In this document: positions 47,208-57,518 of the stretch, one piece after another
Position numbering within the stretch: the stretch's first letter is position 1
Layout of the letters: each line of letters starts with the position of its first letter
Assembly: GCA_045541695.1 (NCBI GenBank)
Contig: JAZQJO010000036.1
Location: 6,269 to 70,268 of the forward strand
DNA from: Faecousia sp.
GTDB lineage: Bacteria > Bacillota > Clostridia > Oscillospirales > Oscillospiraceae
DNA: 64,000 bases
Reading direction: 5' to 3'
Position numbers and translations under genes: made by a program
The notes under the pieces: model-generated
What the model was told of the DNA's origin: nothing
The model's input: the letters and a program-made list of their open reading frames with translations, nothing else
Database searches by the model: none

Positions 47208-47714
47208 ATGAAAGCCTGGTTTCGCAGGCACAGCATTATCATAACATTGCTGCCTGTAATTACGATCATGGTCACGATCTTTTGTCTTTCTGCCCAGACC
47301 AAAGACCAATCTGCAGCTATGAGCGGGCAGATCACCAATCACGTGACCAATCTGCTGGCGCAAAACTCTAACGGAAACGCGCTCTCCCTCCAAATCATCG
47401 GACGGGACACCTTGGATATTATGATACGGAAATTTGCCCATTTTTCAGAGTACGCACTTTTGGGCTTTTTCCTCATGCTCCACCTTCGACAAGTACAAAA
47501 GAGGCTGGCGTTTTCCCGTCCCCATATATGGGCTTGGGGCATCGGCACGCTGTATGCAATTTCCGATGAGCTCCATCAAGGCTTTGTGGGCGGTCGGAGC
47601 GCAGAGCTTCCCGATGTGCTTCTCGACAGTGGCGGTGTGCTGGCCGGCATTATGCTGTGTTTACTTGCGTTTGCGCTTGTGCGCAGAAAAAGACGGCAAA
47701 GCAATCCGGCGTAA
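47208..47714 (+). CDS. VanZ family membrane protein
   Basis: IRKFAHFSEY, DELHQGFV..R and DVLLD motifs. Confidence 0.88.
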   Translation: MKAWFRRHSIIITLLPVITIMVTIFCLSAQTKDQSAAMSGQITNHVTNLLAQNSNGNALSLQIIGRDTLDIMIRKFAHFSEYALLGFFLMLHLRQVQKRLAFSRPHIWAWGIGTLYAISDELHQGFVGGRSAELPDVLLDSGGVLAGIMLCLLAFALVRRKRRQSNPA

Positions 47715-47800
47715 CTTTCATTTTTTTGCAGCAAATGTCTTGCATTTGCGGTAATAATCGGATATAATGTTTCTGTAAATCAAGAAAAGGAGCGATTCTT

Positions 47801-48061
47801 ATGGATCTTCTTAAGAAATTCTTCCCCTATTCCTTCGGCGTGAAGGACGTTTCTGACCTGGTGGTCAAGATCATCGTTTACATCGTCGGCGCCGTCGTTG
47901 CCGGTATCGTTCTGGCTCTGGCCGGCATGCTGTCCGGTTGGATTCCCGTGGTGGGCGCTATCATCGGCGCTCTGCTGGGTATCGTTGGCTGGGTCGTCGA
48001 GGTCTATGTGCTGGTCGGTATCGTGCTGGCATGTCTGGATCACTTCAAGGTCCTGAAGTAA
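47801..48061 (+). CDS. Small hydrophobic membrane protein
   Basis: AAGGAG RBS, host-like codon usage, own promoter and terminator. Confidence 0.75.
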   Translation: MDLLKKFFPYSFGVKDVSDLVVKIIVYIVGAVVAGIVLALAGMLSGWIPVVGAIIGALLGIVGWVVEVYVLVGIVLACLDHFKVLK

Positions 48062-48108
48062 GTACATACGCAAATCCGGCCCGGGAAGTTCCCGGGCCGG
48101 ATTTTATT

Positions 48109-48798
48109 TTATCGATCATACAGGGGTACGCCGGGGTCCAGCCCCTGGGGCTTGTATGTAACCGAGCCGATAGGCTTTCCGTCCACGCCATACCGTGGAT
48201 TATAGCCGAATAGGTTTACATAACGCAGGAGGTCATCCCGCTCCGCTTCCATGGCCTTCATGACTGCCACCGTGGCGATCACGTCATCCACCGCCCGGTG
48301 GGAGTTCACCACCTGCCCGGAAAGACCGTAGGCATCAATGGCGTTGCACAGCTTGTGAGGGTAACTGCGGCGGTCTTTATAGACCGTCATCAGATCCAGC
48401 TTGTCTTTGCCCTTGAGGATGGTGGGGTCACCGGAGCGCAGCAGTAAATAAAATAAAAAACTAAGATCAAAATGGGCGTTATAGGCCAGCAGCAGCGTAT
48501 TGCCCGCCAGCATTTGGGCAATGTCCATGCACACCTGCTTTTTGGGAATGCCCCGGGTCTTTACGTCCTCCATAGTGATGCCGGTAAGCTGCTGGATCTT
48601 CATGGGGATAAACCCGCCTGGGCTGAGGGAGACCAGTTCGTCATACTCACGCACAATATGCGGCTGGCCATCAACACGCTCCACCACCACGGCGGCAAAT
48701 TCGATGATCTCGTCACGGCTGTATTCCAGGCCGGTGGTTTCTGTGTCGAACAGCACCAAACGGTCGTATTTTTCAAACAATCCGGAAAAATGCGTCAT
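48109..48798 (-). CDS. DEDDh 3'-5' exonuclease (DnaQ-like)
   Basis: FDTETTG, AYNAHFD and HRAVDD motifs. Confidence 0.9.
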   Translation of the reverse strand: MTHFSGLFEKYDRLVLFDTETTGLEYSRDEIIEFAAVVVERVDGQPHIVREYDELVSLSPGGFIPMKIQQLTGITMEDVKTRGIPKKQVCMDIAQMLAGNTLLLAYNAHFDLSFLFYLLLRSGDPTILKGKDKLDLMTVYKDRRSYPHKLCNAIDAYGLSGQVVNSHRAVDDVIATVAVMKAMEAERDDLLRYVNLFGYNPRYGVDGKPIGSVTYKPQGLDPGVPLYDR

Positions 48799-48808
48799 AA
48801 TTCTCTCC

Positions 48809-49372
48809 TTACATTAACGCACGGCGATATTTGCTCAGGGGCTCCGGCGTAAGGCCGAAGCGTTCTGCCAGGGCTTGGGCAAAAGCGGTGGCAACCTCCC
48901 GGCTACCGGCTTTCAGTTCCACTTCCACCTCACACATCGGCTTTTCTCTGCCGCCGCCGATCAGAAAACCCTCGTCCAGCGCCAGCTCCACCACGGTGTC
49001 CTCCTGCTTCAGCAGCAATGTCCGCCGGGTAAACCGTGCGCCGCAGATGCCCACCACACCGCCCTCCGTCAGCTTCAGCAGCTTTTTGGGGGCGCCGAGT
49101 TTACATAACTTTTTCAGCCCCACCAAAATATCGTCGCATTCCGTTTCCCATTCTCCCCGGCAATTATCCTTGCCCGGGGTCTTAACGGTGCAGATATACC
49201 TGCCGTTTTCCTTCCGCCGCCGCAACGTGACCCGCTGCATAGCCAGCTTGCCGTCAGGCGTATCGTAATACACCGACTCCATTTCGGTTGACATAAAATC
49301 TCCATAAGCAGCGGCGATGGCAGCCTGCTTGGCTGGGGTGGCTTTGTATTTCAGCTCAAATTCCTGTCCCAT
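48809..49372 (-). CDS. CYTH-domain protein
   Basis: EFELKY, YYDT, LRRR, EVEVELK and SKY motifs. Confidence 0.88.
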   Translation of the reverse strand: MGQEFELKYKATPAKQAAIAAAYGDFMSTEMESVYYDTPDGKLAMQRVTLRRRKENGRYICTVKTPGKDNCRGEWETECDDILVGLKKLCKLGAPKKLLKLTEGGVVGICGARFTRRTLLLKQEDTVVELALDEGFLIGGGREKPMCEVEVELKAGSREVATAFAQALAERFGLTPEPLSKYRRALM

Positions 49373-49514
49373 GGCGGACTCCTTTCGGCGGCGTTACTGC
49401 CACAATTATACACCCATTGGGGCATTTGTGCAAGAATCTTTCCTCCGGAAGCTGTTCCGACAAAAAATTCCCTTCCGCCGTGGTAGGATTTATGCATAGA
49501 CAAGCGAAAGGAAC

Positions 49515-51449
49515 GTGGTACGAATGATGGTTACATTGGGACTTTATGTACGGTGGGGACAGCGGCTTTTCCGCCGGTGGATGCTTGACCCGAAGCTTCA
49601 TGCCCTGGCGCAGGGCGCGCTTTACATACTCTCCGGATTTCTCCTTGCCGCCGCAAGTCTGGGCCATTACGCCCAGCCTCTTGCGTTGGGTCTGCTGTGC
49701 GCCCTTTCCAGCTGGCCAGCGGCGTTGATGGCAGCCGGCAGCGTAGCCGGTTATCTGCTGTTTTGGGGCAGTGCCGGCGCCCAGGGCGCGTTGTGGATCG
49801 CAGCGGGACTCTTGGCTGTGCTGATATTGGGCGGCAAAGCCATTCTCCGGGAAGCGCCTCTGCTGATGTGCGCCACCGCAGCATTGATCGTTGCCGCTTC
49901 CGGCCTTCTTTTTCAGGTGCTTCACAGAGATGCCGCACCGGTTCCTGTCTATTTGCTGCGGGTAGTCCTTGCGCCGCTGAGTGTAAAACTTTTCACGGTG
50001 GCCATGGACCGCCGGGACCCGGTGGTGGACTGGCTGGTATGCGGCGTGGCGGTTTTGGCACTGGCGCAGGTTGTTCCTGTTCCCTATCTGGGCTTTGGCT
50101 ACATCGCCGCCGGCATGCTGGCGGCAGCCGGTGCGTTCCCCGCCGCCGCCTTGGCAGGTCTTGCGCTGGATCTTGCTCAGGTGACCCCAACTCCCATGAC
50201 GGCGGTGCTCTGTCTTGCCTATCTGGTGCGGCTGATCCCCGGGGTGAGCAAGTGGATCATGTACTGCGCCAGCGCCGGCGTGTATATTACTGTGATGGGT
50301 CTTTGCGGCCTTTGGGATGTTGCGCCCCTGCCGGGGCTTCTTCTGGGCGGCTTTGTTTCTGCATTTTTGCCGGCAAAACCCGGCCTTTCCCATCGGCGGG
50401 GCGAGACCGGCTTTGCCCAAGTGCGGCTGGAAATGGCGGCATCGGTGCTTTCCCAGACGGAGCAGATCCTTGCGGATGTGCCGGAAGCGGCGATTGATGA
50501 GCAAGCGCTCATTGCCCGGGCGGCGGAGCGGGCCTGCGGCAGCTGTCCCTGCCGGAAAAGCTGCAAGGAAAAGGTAGAAAACATGCCCACCTCGGTTTTG
50601 CACAAACCGCTGGGCAACGGAGCGGATCTGCCGGTTTCCTGCCGCAAGACCGGGCGGCTGCTGGCCCAGCTTCGCCACAGCCAGGAGCAGCTGCGCTCTA
50701 TTCGTGCTGACCGGGACCGGCAGCAGGAGTACCGGTCATCGGTGGTGCAGCAATATCAGTTTTTGTCGGAATATTTGCAGGATCTTTCCGATTCTCTTGC
50801 CCAGCGTGGCAATACGCCACAGCCTTTTTATCAGCCGGAGCTGGCAGTATGCACCGCCAGCCGGGAAAATGTGGGCGGCGACCGCTGCTTCTGGTTTGCG
50901 GGGACGGAATGCCGCTACTACGTTCTGCTGCTGGACGGCATGGGCACCGGCGAGGGTGCTGCCCGGGACGCAAAAACAGCCGGAACGCTTTTGAGAAAGC
51001 TGCTTTGCGCCGGCTTTCCCGCCCAATATGCCCTGCGCAGCCTGAACAGTCTTTGCGCCCTACAGGGACGTGCCGGAGCGGTGACCGTGGACCTGGCGGA
51101 GCTGCGGCTGGACACCGGGCGGGTGAATCTTTACAAGTGGGGCGCAGCGCCGTCGTATCTTATCAGCCACGGCGAGCCTATAAAAATCGGGACAGCCGGG
51201 CCGCCGCCCGGACTGTCTGTTGCTGACGGTCACGAAACGGTGGAACGGCTGTCCCTGCGCCGGGGAGAGACGCTGGTTTTGCTCAGTGATGGCGCAGGCG
51301 GAGAGGATGCCTTGCGCCGAGCATGGGTCTCGGCTGCCGAGCCGCCCGGGGAGCTGGCGGCAAGGATCTTGGAAAACAGCCGGTCGGAGGAAACAGATGA
51401 CGCCACTGTCGCTGTGGTGCGTCTGGGCTCCATACCCGCGTCTACATAA
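49515..51449 (+). CDS. spoIIE: SpoIIE-like membrane PP2C phosphatase
   Basis: Multi-TM N-terminus, CxxC...C linker and PP2C motifs GGD, DGMGTG, SDG and DDATV. Start is approximate. Confidence 0.75.
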   Translation: MVRMMVTLGLYVRWGQRLFRRWMLDPKLHALAQGALYILSGFLLAAASLGHYAQPLALGLLCALSSWPAALMAAGSVAGYLLFWGSAGAQGALWIAAGLLAVLILGGKAILREAPLLMCATAALIVAASGLLFQVLHRDAAPVPVYLLRVVLAPLSVKLFTVAMDRRDPVVDWLVCGVAVLALAQVVPVPYLGFGYIAAGMLAAAGAFPAAALAGLALDLAQVTPTPMTAVLCLAYLVRLIPGVSKWIMYCASAGVYITVMGLCGLWDVAPLPGLLLGGFVSAFLPAKPGLSHRRGETGFAQVRLEMAASVLSQTEQILADVPEAAIDEQALIARAAERACGSCPCRKSCKEKVENMPTSVLHKPLGNGADLPVSCRKTGRLLAQLRHSQEQLRSIRADRDRQQEYRSSVVQQYQFLSEYLQDLSDSLAQRGNTPQPFYQPELAVCTASRENVGGDRCFWFAGTECRYYVLLLDGMGTGEGAARDAKTAGTLLRKLLCAGFPAQYALRSLNSLCALQGRAGAVTVDLAELRLDTGRVNLYKWGAAPSYLISHGEPIKIGTAGPPPGLSVADGHETVERLSLRRGETLVLLSDGAGGEDALRRAWVSAAEPPGELAARILENSRSEETDDATVAVVRLGSIPAST

Positions 51450-51563
51450 TACCACATTCTCCTCACGAAATTTGTCGAAACACAAGATGTGGGATATAAT
51501 ACTGTAGAATAAATACAAGATTTAGCGAAAAAGCGGGTCGGCTGTGCCGACCCGCTTAGGTTT

Positions 51564-52427
51564 TTATCTGTTTGTACCCAGGAAGAACAGGGCCAGGGTG
51601 CCCGGGCCGGAATGGGAGCCGATCACAGCGCCTGTGTAGCCGATGAACACTTCCTTCACGCCGTGCTCCAGCTTCATCCGGTTGGCCAGATACTCCGCAT
51701 CCTCGATGCAATCGCCGTGGCAAATGAACATCACATCGTTCTCGCCGGGGATCAGCGTCTGGGCTGCCTTCATGGCCAGGGCGTCCACAGAGGCCTTGCG
51801 GCCTCTGGACTTGGACATGTTGATCAGGTGACCTTCGTCATCCACATGGAGCACCGGCTTGATCTGCAGCATGGTGCCCAGCAGCGCTGTGGTGGCACTG
51901 ATCCGGCCGCCCCGCTTCAGGCACATCAGATCGTCCACGGTAAACCAGTGGCACAAATTGAACTTCTTCTCGTCCAGCCAGTCCCCCAGCTCCGCCAGGG
52001 AAAGGCCCTCGTCACGCTTCTTTGCGGCATACCAAACCAGCAGGCCCTGGCCCAGGGATGCGCACAGGCTATCCACCACCCGGATCTTCCTGTCGGGATA
52101 CTTTTCCATCAGATCGTTTGCGGCGATAACAGCAGACTGGTAAGTAGTGCTCAGGCCGGAGGAGAAGGTCAGCACCAGCGCATCCTTACCCGCTTGCAGC
52201 ACAGGCTCGATGACACCTGCCCAGCCGTTGGGATTGATAGCAGAGGTGGAAGCTGTTTCCCCTGCGCGCAGGCCATCGTAAATTTCCTTGATACCTTCCT
52301 CCACGCTGTCGGGACGGTCTTCGCCACGGAAATGCACGTACAGCGAAACAGCGGTCACATCCATCTCCTGCAGCTTATGCTTGGGCAGGTCGCAGCCGGA
52401 ATCGGTAATGATCTTATAATCAGACAT
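51564..52427 (-). CDS. DegV family fatty-acid binding protein
   Basis: ITDSGCD, SSGLSTTY, LKRGGRIS and VIGSHSGPG motifs. Confidence 0.93.
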   Translation of the reverse strand: MSDYKIITDSGCDLPKHKLQEMDVTAVSLYVHFRGEDRPDSVEEGIKEIYDGLRAGETASTSAINPNGWAGVIEPVLQAGKDALVLTFSSGLSTTYQSAVIAANDLMEKYPDRKIRVVDSLCASLGQGLLVWYAAKKRDEGLSLAELGDWLDEKKFNLCHWFTVDDLMCLKRGGRISATTALLGTMLQIKPVLHVDDEGHLINMSKSRGRKASVDALAMKAAQTLIPGENDVMFICHGDCIEDAEYLANRMKLEHGVKEVFIGYTGAVIGSHSGPGTLALFFLGTNR

Positions 52428-52635
52428 TTGGTTACACTCCTAAAAAATACTGGACAGCAGCGCTCCATCGGGATATAATGGAATACATACTGCATACAGT
52501 ATACCTGCATTGGGCGGTTTTGTCACCCCATTGGGTGGAGGATTCTCGCCTTTTTGGCTCTCTTATGGGTAGAAACGCCTTCTCTACTGCCAGTAGAATT
52601 CCTTTTTCGTCTGATTTTGACCGGGAGGTGACAAC

Positions 52636-53808
52636 GTGACGACCTTTCTTTTGCGGCTCTTTGTGAAAAACTATGATAAGCCGGAGCTGCCGGCTGTCCG
52701 CACCGCCACCGGCAAGCTGGCAGGCGCTTTGGGCATTTGCGCCAATCTTTTGCTGTTTGCCGGCAAGCTCACCGCAGGCATTCTTTCCGGAGCGCTGTCT
52801 GTCACCGCCGACGCTATGAACAATTTTTCCGACGCCGCAAGCTCCATCGTCACGCTTCTGGGCTTCAAGCTGGCGGAAAAGCCGGCAGATGCCGACCATC
52901 CCTACGGCCACGCCCGGTATGAATACTTATCCGCTCTGGCGGTGGCTGCCATGATCATCGTCATCGGCTTTGAGACCGCCCGCAGCTCTGTGGAAAAGAT
53001 CCTTGCTCCTGCCCAGGTGTCCTTTACCTGGCTCACCGCCGGCATTTTGCTTGCTTCCATTGCCGTGAAGCTGTGGCTGGCCGCAGTGAATACCAGCTTC
53101 AGCCGCCGGATCCGCTCCACCGCCCTGCTGGCTGCCGCTGCCGACAGCCGCAACGACTGCATCGCCACCGGCGCCGTTTTGCTGGCTGCCGCCATTGAAG
53201 GCTTCACCGGCTGGCGGATCGACGGCTTTGTGGGTCTGGGGGTTGCCCTTTTCATTCTTTACAGTGGCGCTATGCTTGCCAAAGAAACCATCAGTCCCCT
53301 TTTGGGCGAAGCGGCAAGTCCGGAGCTGCGGGAGCTGATCGTGGACTACGTCAGCGCCCACCCCAGCGTGCTGGGCTATCACGATCTGATGGTCCACGAC
53401 TACGGCCCGGGACAGCGATTTGCCACGCTGCACGTGGAAATGGACAAAAACCAGGATCCGCTGCTTTGCCATGAGATCATCGACGATATGGAGCGGGAAT
53501 GTCTGCGCAGCCACAACATCCACCTGGTGATCCACTATGATCCGGTGCTCACCGATGATCCGGCGCTGAATCGCCTGCGCAGCCGCACCGAACAGCTGCT
53601 GCAAGCCCGGGACAGCCGGCTGGGCGTTCATGATTTCCGCATGGTCCAGGGCGCAGGTCATACAAATCTCATTTTCGACATTGCCCTGCCGGCGGATCTG
53701 GAGGATCAGCGCCGGGCGCTGCAATCCATGCTGGAGGACACCCTCTCTGCCGAGGAAAATACACAGATATATACCGTGATCACCTTTGATCCCGTTGCGT
53801 TTAACTAA
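52636..53808 (+). CDS. Cation diffusion facilitator transporter
   Basis: ADAMNNFSD, PADADHPYGHARYEY, DSRND and HDLMVHDYGPG motifs. Confidence 0.92.
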   Translation: MTTFLLRLFVKNYDKPELPAVRTATGKLAGALGICANLLLFAGKLTAGILSGALSVTADAMNNFSDAASSIVTLLGFKLAEKPADADHPYGHARYEYLSALAVAAMIIVIGFETARSSVEKILAPAQVSFTWLTAGILLASIAVKLWLAAVNTSFSRRIRSTALLAAAADSRNDCIATGAVLLAAAIEGFTGWRIDGFVGLGVALFILYSGAMLAKETISPLLGEAASPELRELIVDYVSAHPSVLGYHDLMVHDYGPGQRFATLHVEMDKNQDPLLCHEIIDDMERECLRSHNIHLVIHYDPVLTDDPALNRLRSRTEQLLQARDSRLGVHDFRMVQGAGHTNLIFDIALPADLEDQRRALQSMLEDTLSAEENTQIYTVITFDPVAFN

Positions 53809-53820
53809 GGAGGAACCTTT

Positions 53821-54999
53821 ATGTACAATCAATCTGCTTATGAAATGGGCGCCAGCGGCTGCACCATCCGGGAGCTGGCCGCCTTCGGCGCACAGCGGGC
53901 CGCCATTGTAGGCGCAGAGAATGTGTTCGATTTCACCATCGGTAACCCTTCCGTTCCCACTCCGTCGCTGATCGACCGGACCATTCGGGAGATCCTGATG
54001 GACACGCCCTCCTTAAAGATCCACAGCTACACCTCCGCCGCTGGCGATCTGGCCACACGGCAGGCCATCGCTGACGACCTGAACGCCCGGTTCCAAGCAG
54101 GCGTAAAACCGGAAAACCTGTTCCTCGGCTGCGGCACCTCCCCGGAGCTGGCGGCAGTTTTCCGTGCGCTGACGCTGCCCGGCTCGGAGATCATGGTGGT
54201 GGCGCCCTTCTTCACGGAGTATACGCCCTTTGTGGAAGGCGCAGGTGCAACGCTGAAGATCGTTCCTGCGGATTATCCCAATTTCCAAATTGATCTGAAG
54301 GCTGTGGAGCAGACCGTTTCTGAGCATACCGTGGCCATTATCATCAACTCTCCCAACAATCCCACCGGCGTTGTCTACACCCGTCAGACTTTGACGGATC
54401 TGGCGGCGCTGCTGACGGAAAAATCCCGGCAGTACGGCCACCCCATTTACATCGTTGCGGACGAGCCCTACCGGGAGCTGACCTACGGCGTGGAAGCGCC
54501 TTTTATCCCGCTGATCTATCCCAATACCATCGTGTGCTATTCCTATTCCAAGTCCCTGTCGCTGGCAGGTGAGCGTATCGGCTATATCTACGTTCCCGAT
54601 GCCGCCGCCGACAGCGCCGCCCTTTACACCGCCATTTCCGGCGCAGCCCGGGCCATTGGCCATATCTGCGCCCCCAGCCTGTGGCAAAAGGTGATCGCCC
54701 GGTGCGCCGGCTTGCAGCCGGACGTCAGCGAATACGACCGCAACCGCCGCACCATGTATGAAACCCTCACCGCCATGGGCTACGAAATGCCCAAGCCGGA
54801 CGGCGCTTTCTATCTGTTCGTTAAGTCCCCCAAGGGCGATGCCAAGGCATTTTTGGAGCGGGCGAAAAAGAAAGACCTGCTGGTTGTTCCCGGCGACGAT
54901 TTCGGCTGCCCCGATTATTTCCGGGTATGCTACTGCGTCAGTTATGACAAGGTGCAGCGCAGCCTGCCCATCTTCGAAAGCCTCATTCAGGAAGCATAA
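53821..54999 (+). CDS. PLP-dependent class I/II aminotransferase
   Basis: NSPNNPTG, DEPY and SYSKSLSLAGERIG motifs. Confidence 0.92.
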   Translation: MYNQSAYEMGASGCTIRELAAFGAQRAAIVGAENVFDFTIGNPSVPTPSLIDRTIREILMDTPSLKIHSYTSAAGDLATRQAIADDLNARFQAGVKPENLFLGCGTSPELAAVFRALTLPGSEIMVVAPFFTEYTPFVEGAGATLKIVPADYPNFQIDLKAVEQTVSEHTVAIIINSPNNPTGVVYTRQTLTDLAALLTEKSRQYGHPIYIVADEPYRELTYGVEAPFIPLIYPNTIVCYSYSKSLSLAGERIGYIYVPDAAADSAALYTAISGAARAIGHICAPSLWQKVIARCAGLQPDVSEYDRNRRTMYETLTAMGYEMPKPDGAFYLFVKSPKGDAKAFLERAKKKDLLVVPGDDFGCPDYFRVCYCVSYDKVQRSLPIFESLIQEA

Positions 55000-55061
55000 C
55001 AAAAGCCCCCTCTGCCGAGGGGGCTTTCTTGCGCCTTGCATCGCACGGCACAAGGCGCCGC

Positions 55062-55093
55062 AAAGGCTTCTCCCCCATGCTGGGGGAGAAGGC
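55062..55093. repeat. Collapsed single-hairpin derivative of the two-arm element
   Basis: AAAGGCTTCTCCCCCA-TGC-TGGGGGAGAAGGC, with an A-type left end and a B-type right end. Confidence 0.55.
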
Positions 55094-55242
55094 TCTAGAT
55101 AACAGATCTCTATAGAATTCTTCCACAAATCCTGCGTTGTTTACTGTACAAACCGGGTATATTTGTGTATAATTGGTGTGTCCGGCGTGCTCGTTGGACG
55201 ATCTGCACAAAACCACCCTATGAAATTTGGTGAAAATAACGA

Positions 55243-56529
55243 ATGCGATTTGCTTTTTATACCCTCGGCTGCAAGACAAATCAATATGAGACCCAGGCCA
55301 TGGAGCAGCTTTTGGTGCAGATGGGCCACCAGATCGGCAGCTTTGACCAGCGCTGCGACGGCTACATCATCAACACCTGCTCCGTCACCGCTGTGGCAGA
55401 CAAGAAAAACCGAGCGGTGATCCGCCGCTGCCGCAGGCAGAATCCGGATGCGGTGGTGGCCGTTTGCGGCTGCTACACCCAACATGATCCGGAGGCTGTC
55501 CGGGCGTTGGGCGTGGATGTTATCGGCGGCAGCGCGCACCGGCGGGACTTTGTTGACCTGCTAGTGGCGGCGGTTTTGCAGCGGACGAAGCAGGAAGCTG
55601 TGGATGACGCCCTGCGGCGCAGGGAATTTGAAGTGCTGCCTGCCGGCGGTCTGGAGGAGCGAACCCGGGCCATGCTGAAGGTCCAGGACGGCTGCGTGAA
55701 TTTCTGCACTTACTGCATCATTCCCTACACCCGTGGGCCGGTGCGGAGCGCACCGCTGGAAACGGCGGTGGAGCAGACGAAGGCACTTGCGGAAAAAGGC
55801 TATCGGGAGATCGTCCTGACCGGCATCGAGATCGCCTCCTGGGGCGTGGATCTTCCCGGAAAGCCGCCGCTGACGGCGCTAATCGAAGCCATCTGCGCCG
55901 CTGCGCCCAAGCTGCGGGTGCGACTTGGCTCTCTGGAGCCCCGGGTGGTGACGGAGGAATTCTGCGAAAAGACCTCCCGGCTCAGTAATCTTTGCCCTCA
56001 GTTCCACCTTTCCATGCAGTCCGGCTGCGATGCGGTGCTGGCACGGATGCACAGAAAATACGATACTGCCCGCTACTTAGAAAGCGTGACCCTTTTGCGC
56101 CGCTACTTCCCCGGCTGCGCCATCACCACAGATATGATCGTGGCCTTTCCCGGGGAAACAGAGGAAGAATTTGCTGAAAGCCTTGCTTTTATCCGCCAAT
56201 GCGATTTTGCGGAAATGCACATTTTCCCCTACTCCCGCCGCCCCGGAACAAAGGCGGACAAGCTTCCCGGGCAGCACAACAATGCCGAGAAAGAGGCCAG
56301 AAGCCGGGCTGCCATCGCTGTAGCAGAGGAAATGAGCCTAAGCTATCGCAGCGCTCTCGTGGGCAGCGTGCAGCAGGTGCTGTTTGAAGAAAAGGACGGG
56401 GCATTTTTCACCGGCCACGCCCCAAATTATGTGAAAGTCTACACAAAAGCAGAGGGTCTTCACAATCAGATCTGCGCCGTGAAGATCACCGGCGTGCACG
56501 CAGACGGCGTCACCGGCGACCTGCTTTGA
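55243..56529 (+). CDS. mtaB: tRNA ms2t6A methylthiotransferase MtaB
   Basis: TLGCKTNQYE, NTCSVT, radical-SAM CVNFCTYC and HIFPYSRRPGT motifs. Confidence 0.93.
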   Translation: MRFAFYTLGCKTNQYETQAMEQLLVQMGHQIGSFDQRCDGYIINTCSVTAVADKKNRAVIRRCRRQNPDAVVAVCGCYTQHDPEAVRALGVDVIGGSAHRRDFVDLLVAAVLQRTKQEAVDDALRRREFEVLPAGGLEERTRAMLKVQDGCVNFCTYCIIPYTRGPVRSAPLETAVEQTKALAEKGYREIVLTGIEIASWGVDLPGKPPLTALIEAICAAAPKLRVRLGSLEPRVVTEEFCEKTSRLSNLCPQFHLSMQSGCDAVLARMHRKYDTARYLESVTLLRRYFPGCAITTDMIVAFPGETEEEFAESLAFIRQCDFAEMHIFPYSRRPGTKADKLPGQHNNAEKEARSRAAIAVAEEMSLSYRSALVGSVQQVLFEEKDGAFFTGHAPNYVKVYTKAEGLHNQICAVKITGVHADGVTGDLL

Positions 56530-56561
56530 CCAATATTATGTAAACCGCGGAGGGATTTACT

Positions 56562-57515
56562 ATGCAACCCAACGAACGTTCCATTTATGAAAACGCCCAG
56601 CGGATCGTTTCCCAGGTGCGCAGGGTGATTGTAGGCAAGGACCAGACCCTTTTATGGGCGCTGGCTGCCATTTTGTCCCGGAGCCACATTCTTTTGGAGG
56701 ACATTCCCGGCGTGGGCAAAACCACCATGGCTGTGGCGTTTTCCAAGGTGCTGGGCCTGCGTTACAGCCGTGTCCAGTTCACGCCGGACGTGCTGCCCTC
56801 CGACGTGACCGGCTTCTCTGTTCCCGATCCAGCCACCGGCGCCATGGTCTACAAACCCGGCGCTGTGATGTGCAATCTGTTCCTTGCTGACGAGCTGAAC
56901 CGGGCCACCTCCCGGACCCAATCCGCCCTGCTGGAAGCCATGGAAGAAGGACAGGTCACGGTAGACGGTGTCCGCCATCCTCTGCCCCAGCCCTTTGTGG
57001 TCATTGCTACCCAGAATCCCATGGGCGCAGCCGGCACTCAGCCTCTGCCCGACAGCCAGATGGACCGCTTCGCCATTCGTATGTCTTTGGGTTATCCCAA
57101 CCCCGCAGACGAAAAGGCTATGGTCATGAACCGTCTGGGCAAAAATCCCATGAACGAGCTGACACCTCTGCTTTCTCTGGATGAGCTGGTGGCCCTTCAG
57201 GACGCCGTGAGCCAGACCTTCATCAGCGAAACCGTAGTGGAGCATATCGTGTCGCTGATCACCGCTACCCGCAATCATGAATGCATCCTCCGGGGCGCTT
57301 CTCCCAGAGCCACCTTGTCTGTTACCGCCATGTCCAAAGCCGTGGCGCAGCTGCGTGGCCGGGACTATGTGACCCCCGCCGACGTGCGGGAGGTTTTCCT
57401 GCGGACCATTCCCCACCGGCTGCAGCTGACCGCCAAGGCGGAAAGCAGCGGCGTGACCGTGCAGAAAGTGCTGAAGGAAATTTTGGGCAGCATCCCTGCC
57501 CCCGCTTTGCGATAA
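56562..57515 (+). CDS. MoxR family AAA+ ATPase
   Basis: EDIPGVGKT, QFTPDVLPSD, DELNRA and ATQNP motifs. Confidence 0.95.
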   Translation: MQPNERSIYENAQRIVSQVRRVIVGKDQTLLWALAAILSRSHILLEDIPGVGKTTMAVAFSKVLGLRYSRVQFTPDVLPSDVTGFSVPDPATGAMVYKPGAVMCNLFLADELNRATSRTQSALLEAMEEGQVTVDGVRHPLPQPFVVIATQNPMGAAGTQPLPDSQMDRFAIRMSLGYPNPADEKAMVMNRLGKNPMNELTPLLSLDELVALQDAVSQTFISETVVEHIVSLITATRNHECILRGASPRATLSVTAMSKAVAQLRGRDYVTPADVREVFLRTIPHRLQLTAKAESSGVTVQKVLKEILGSIPAPALR

Positions 57516-57518
57516 AGT

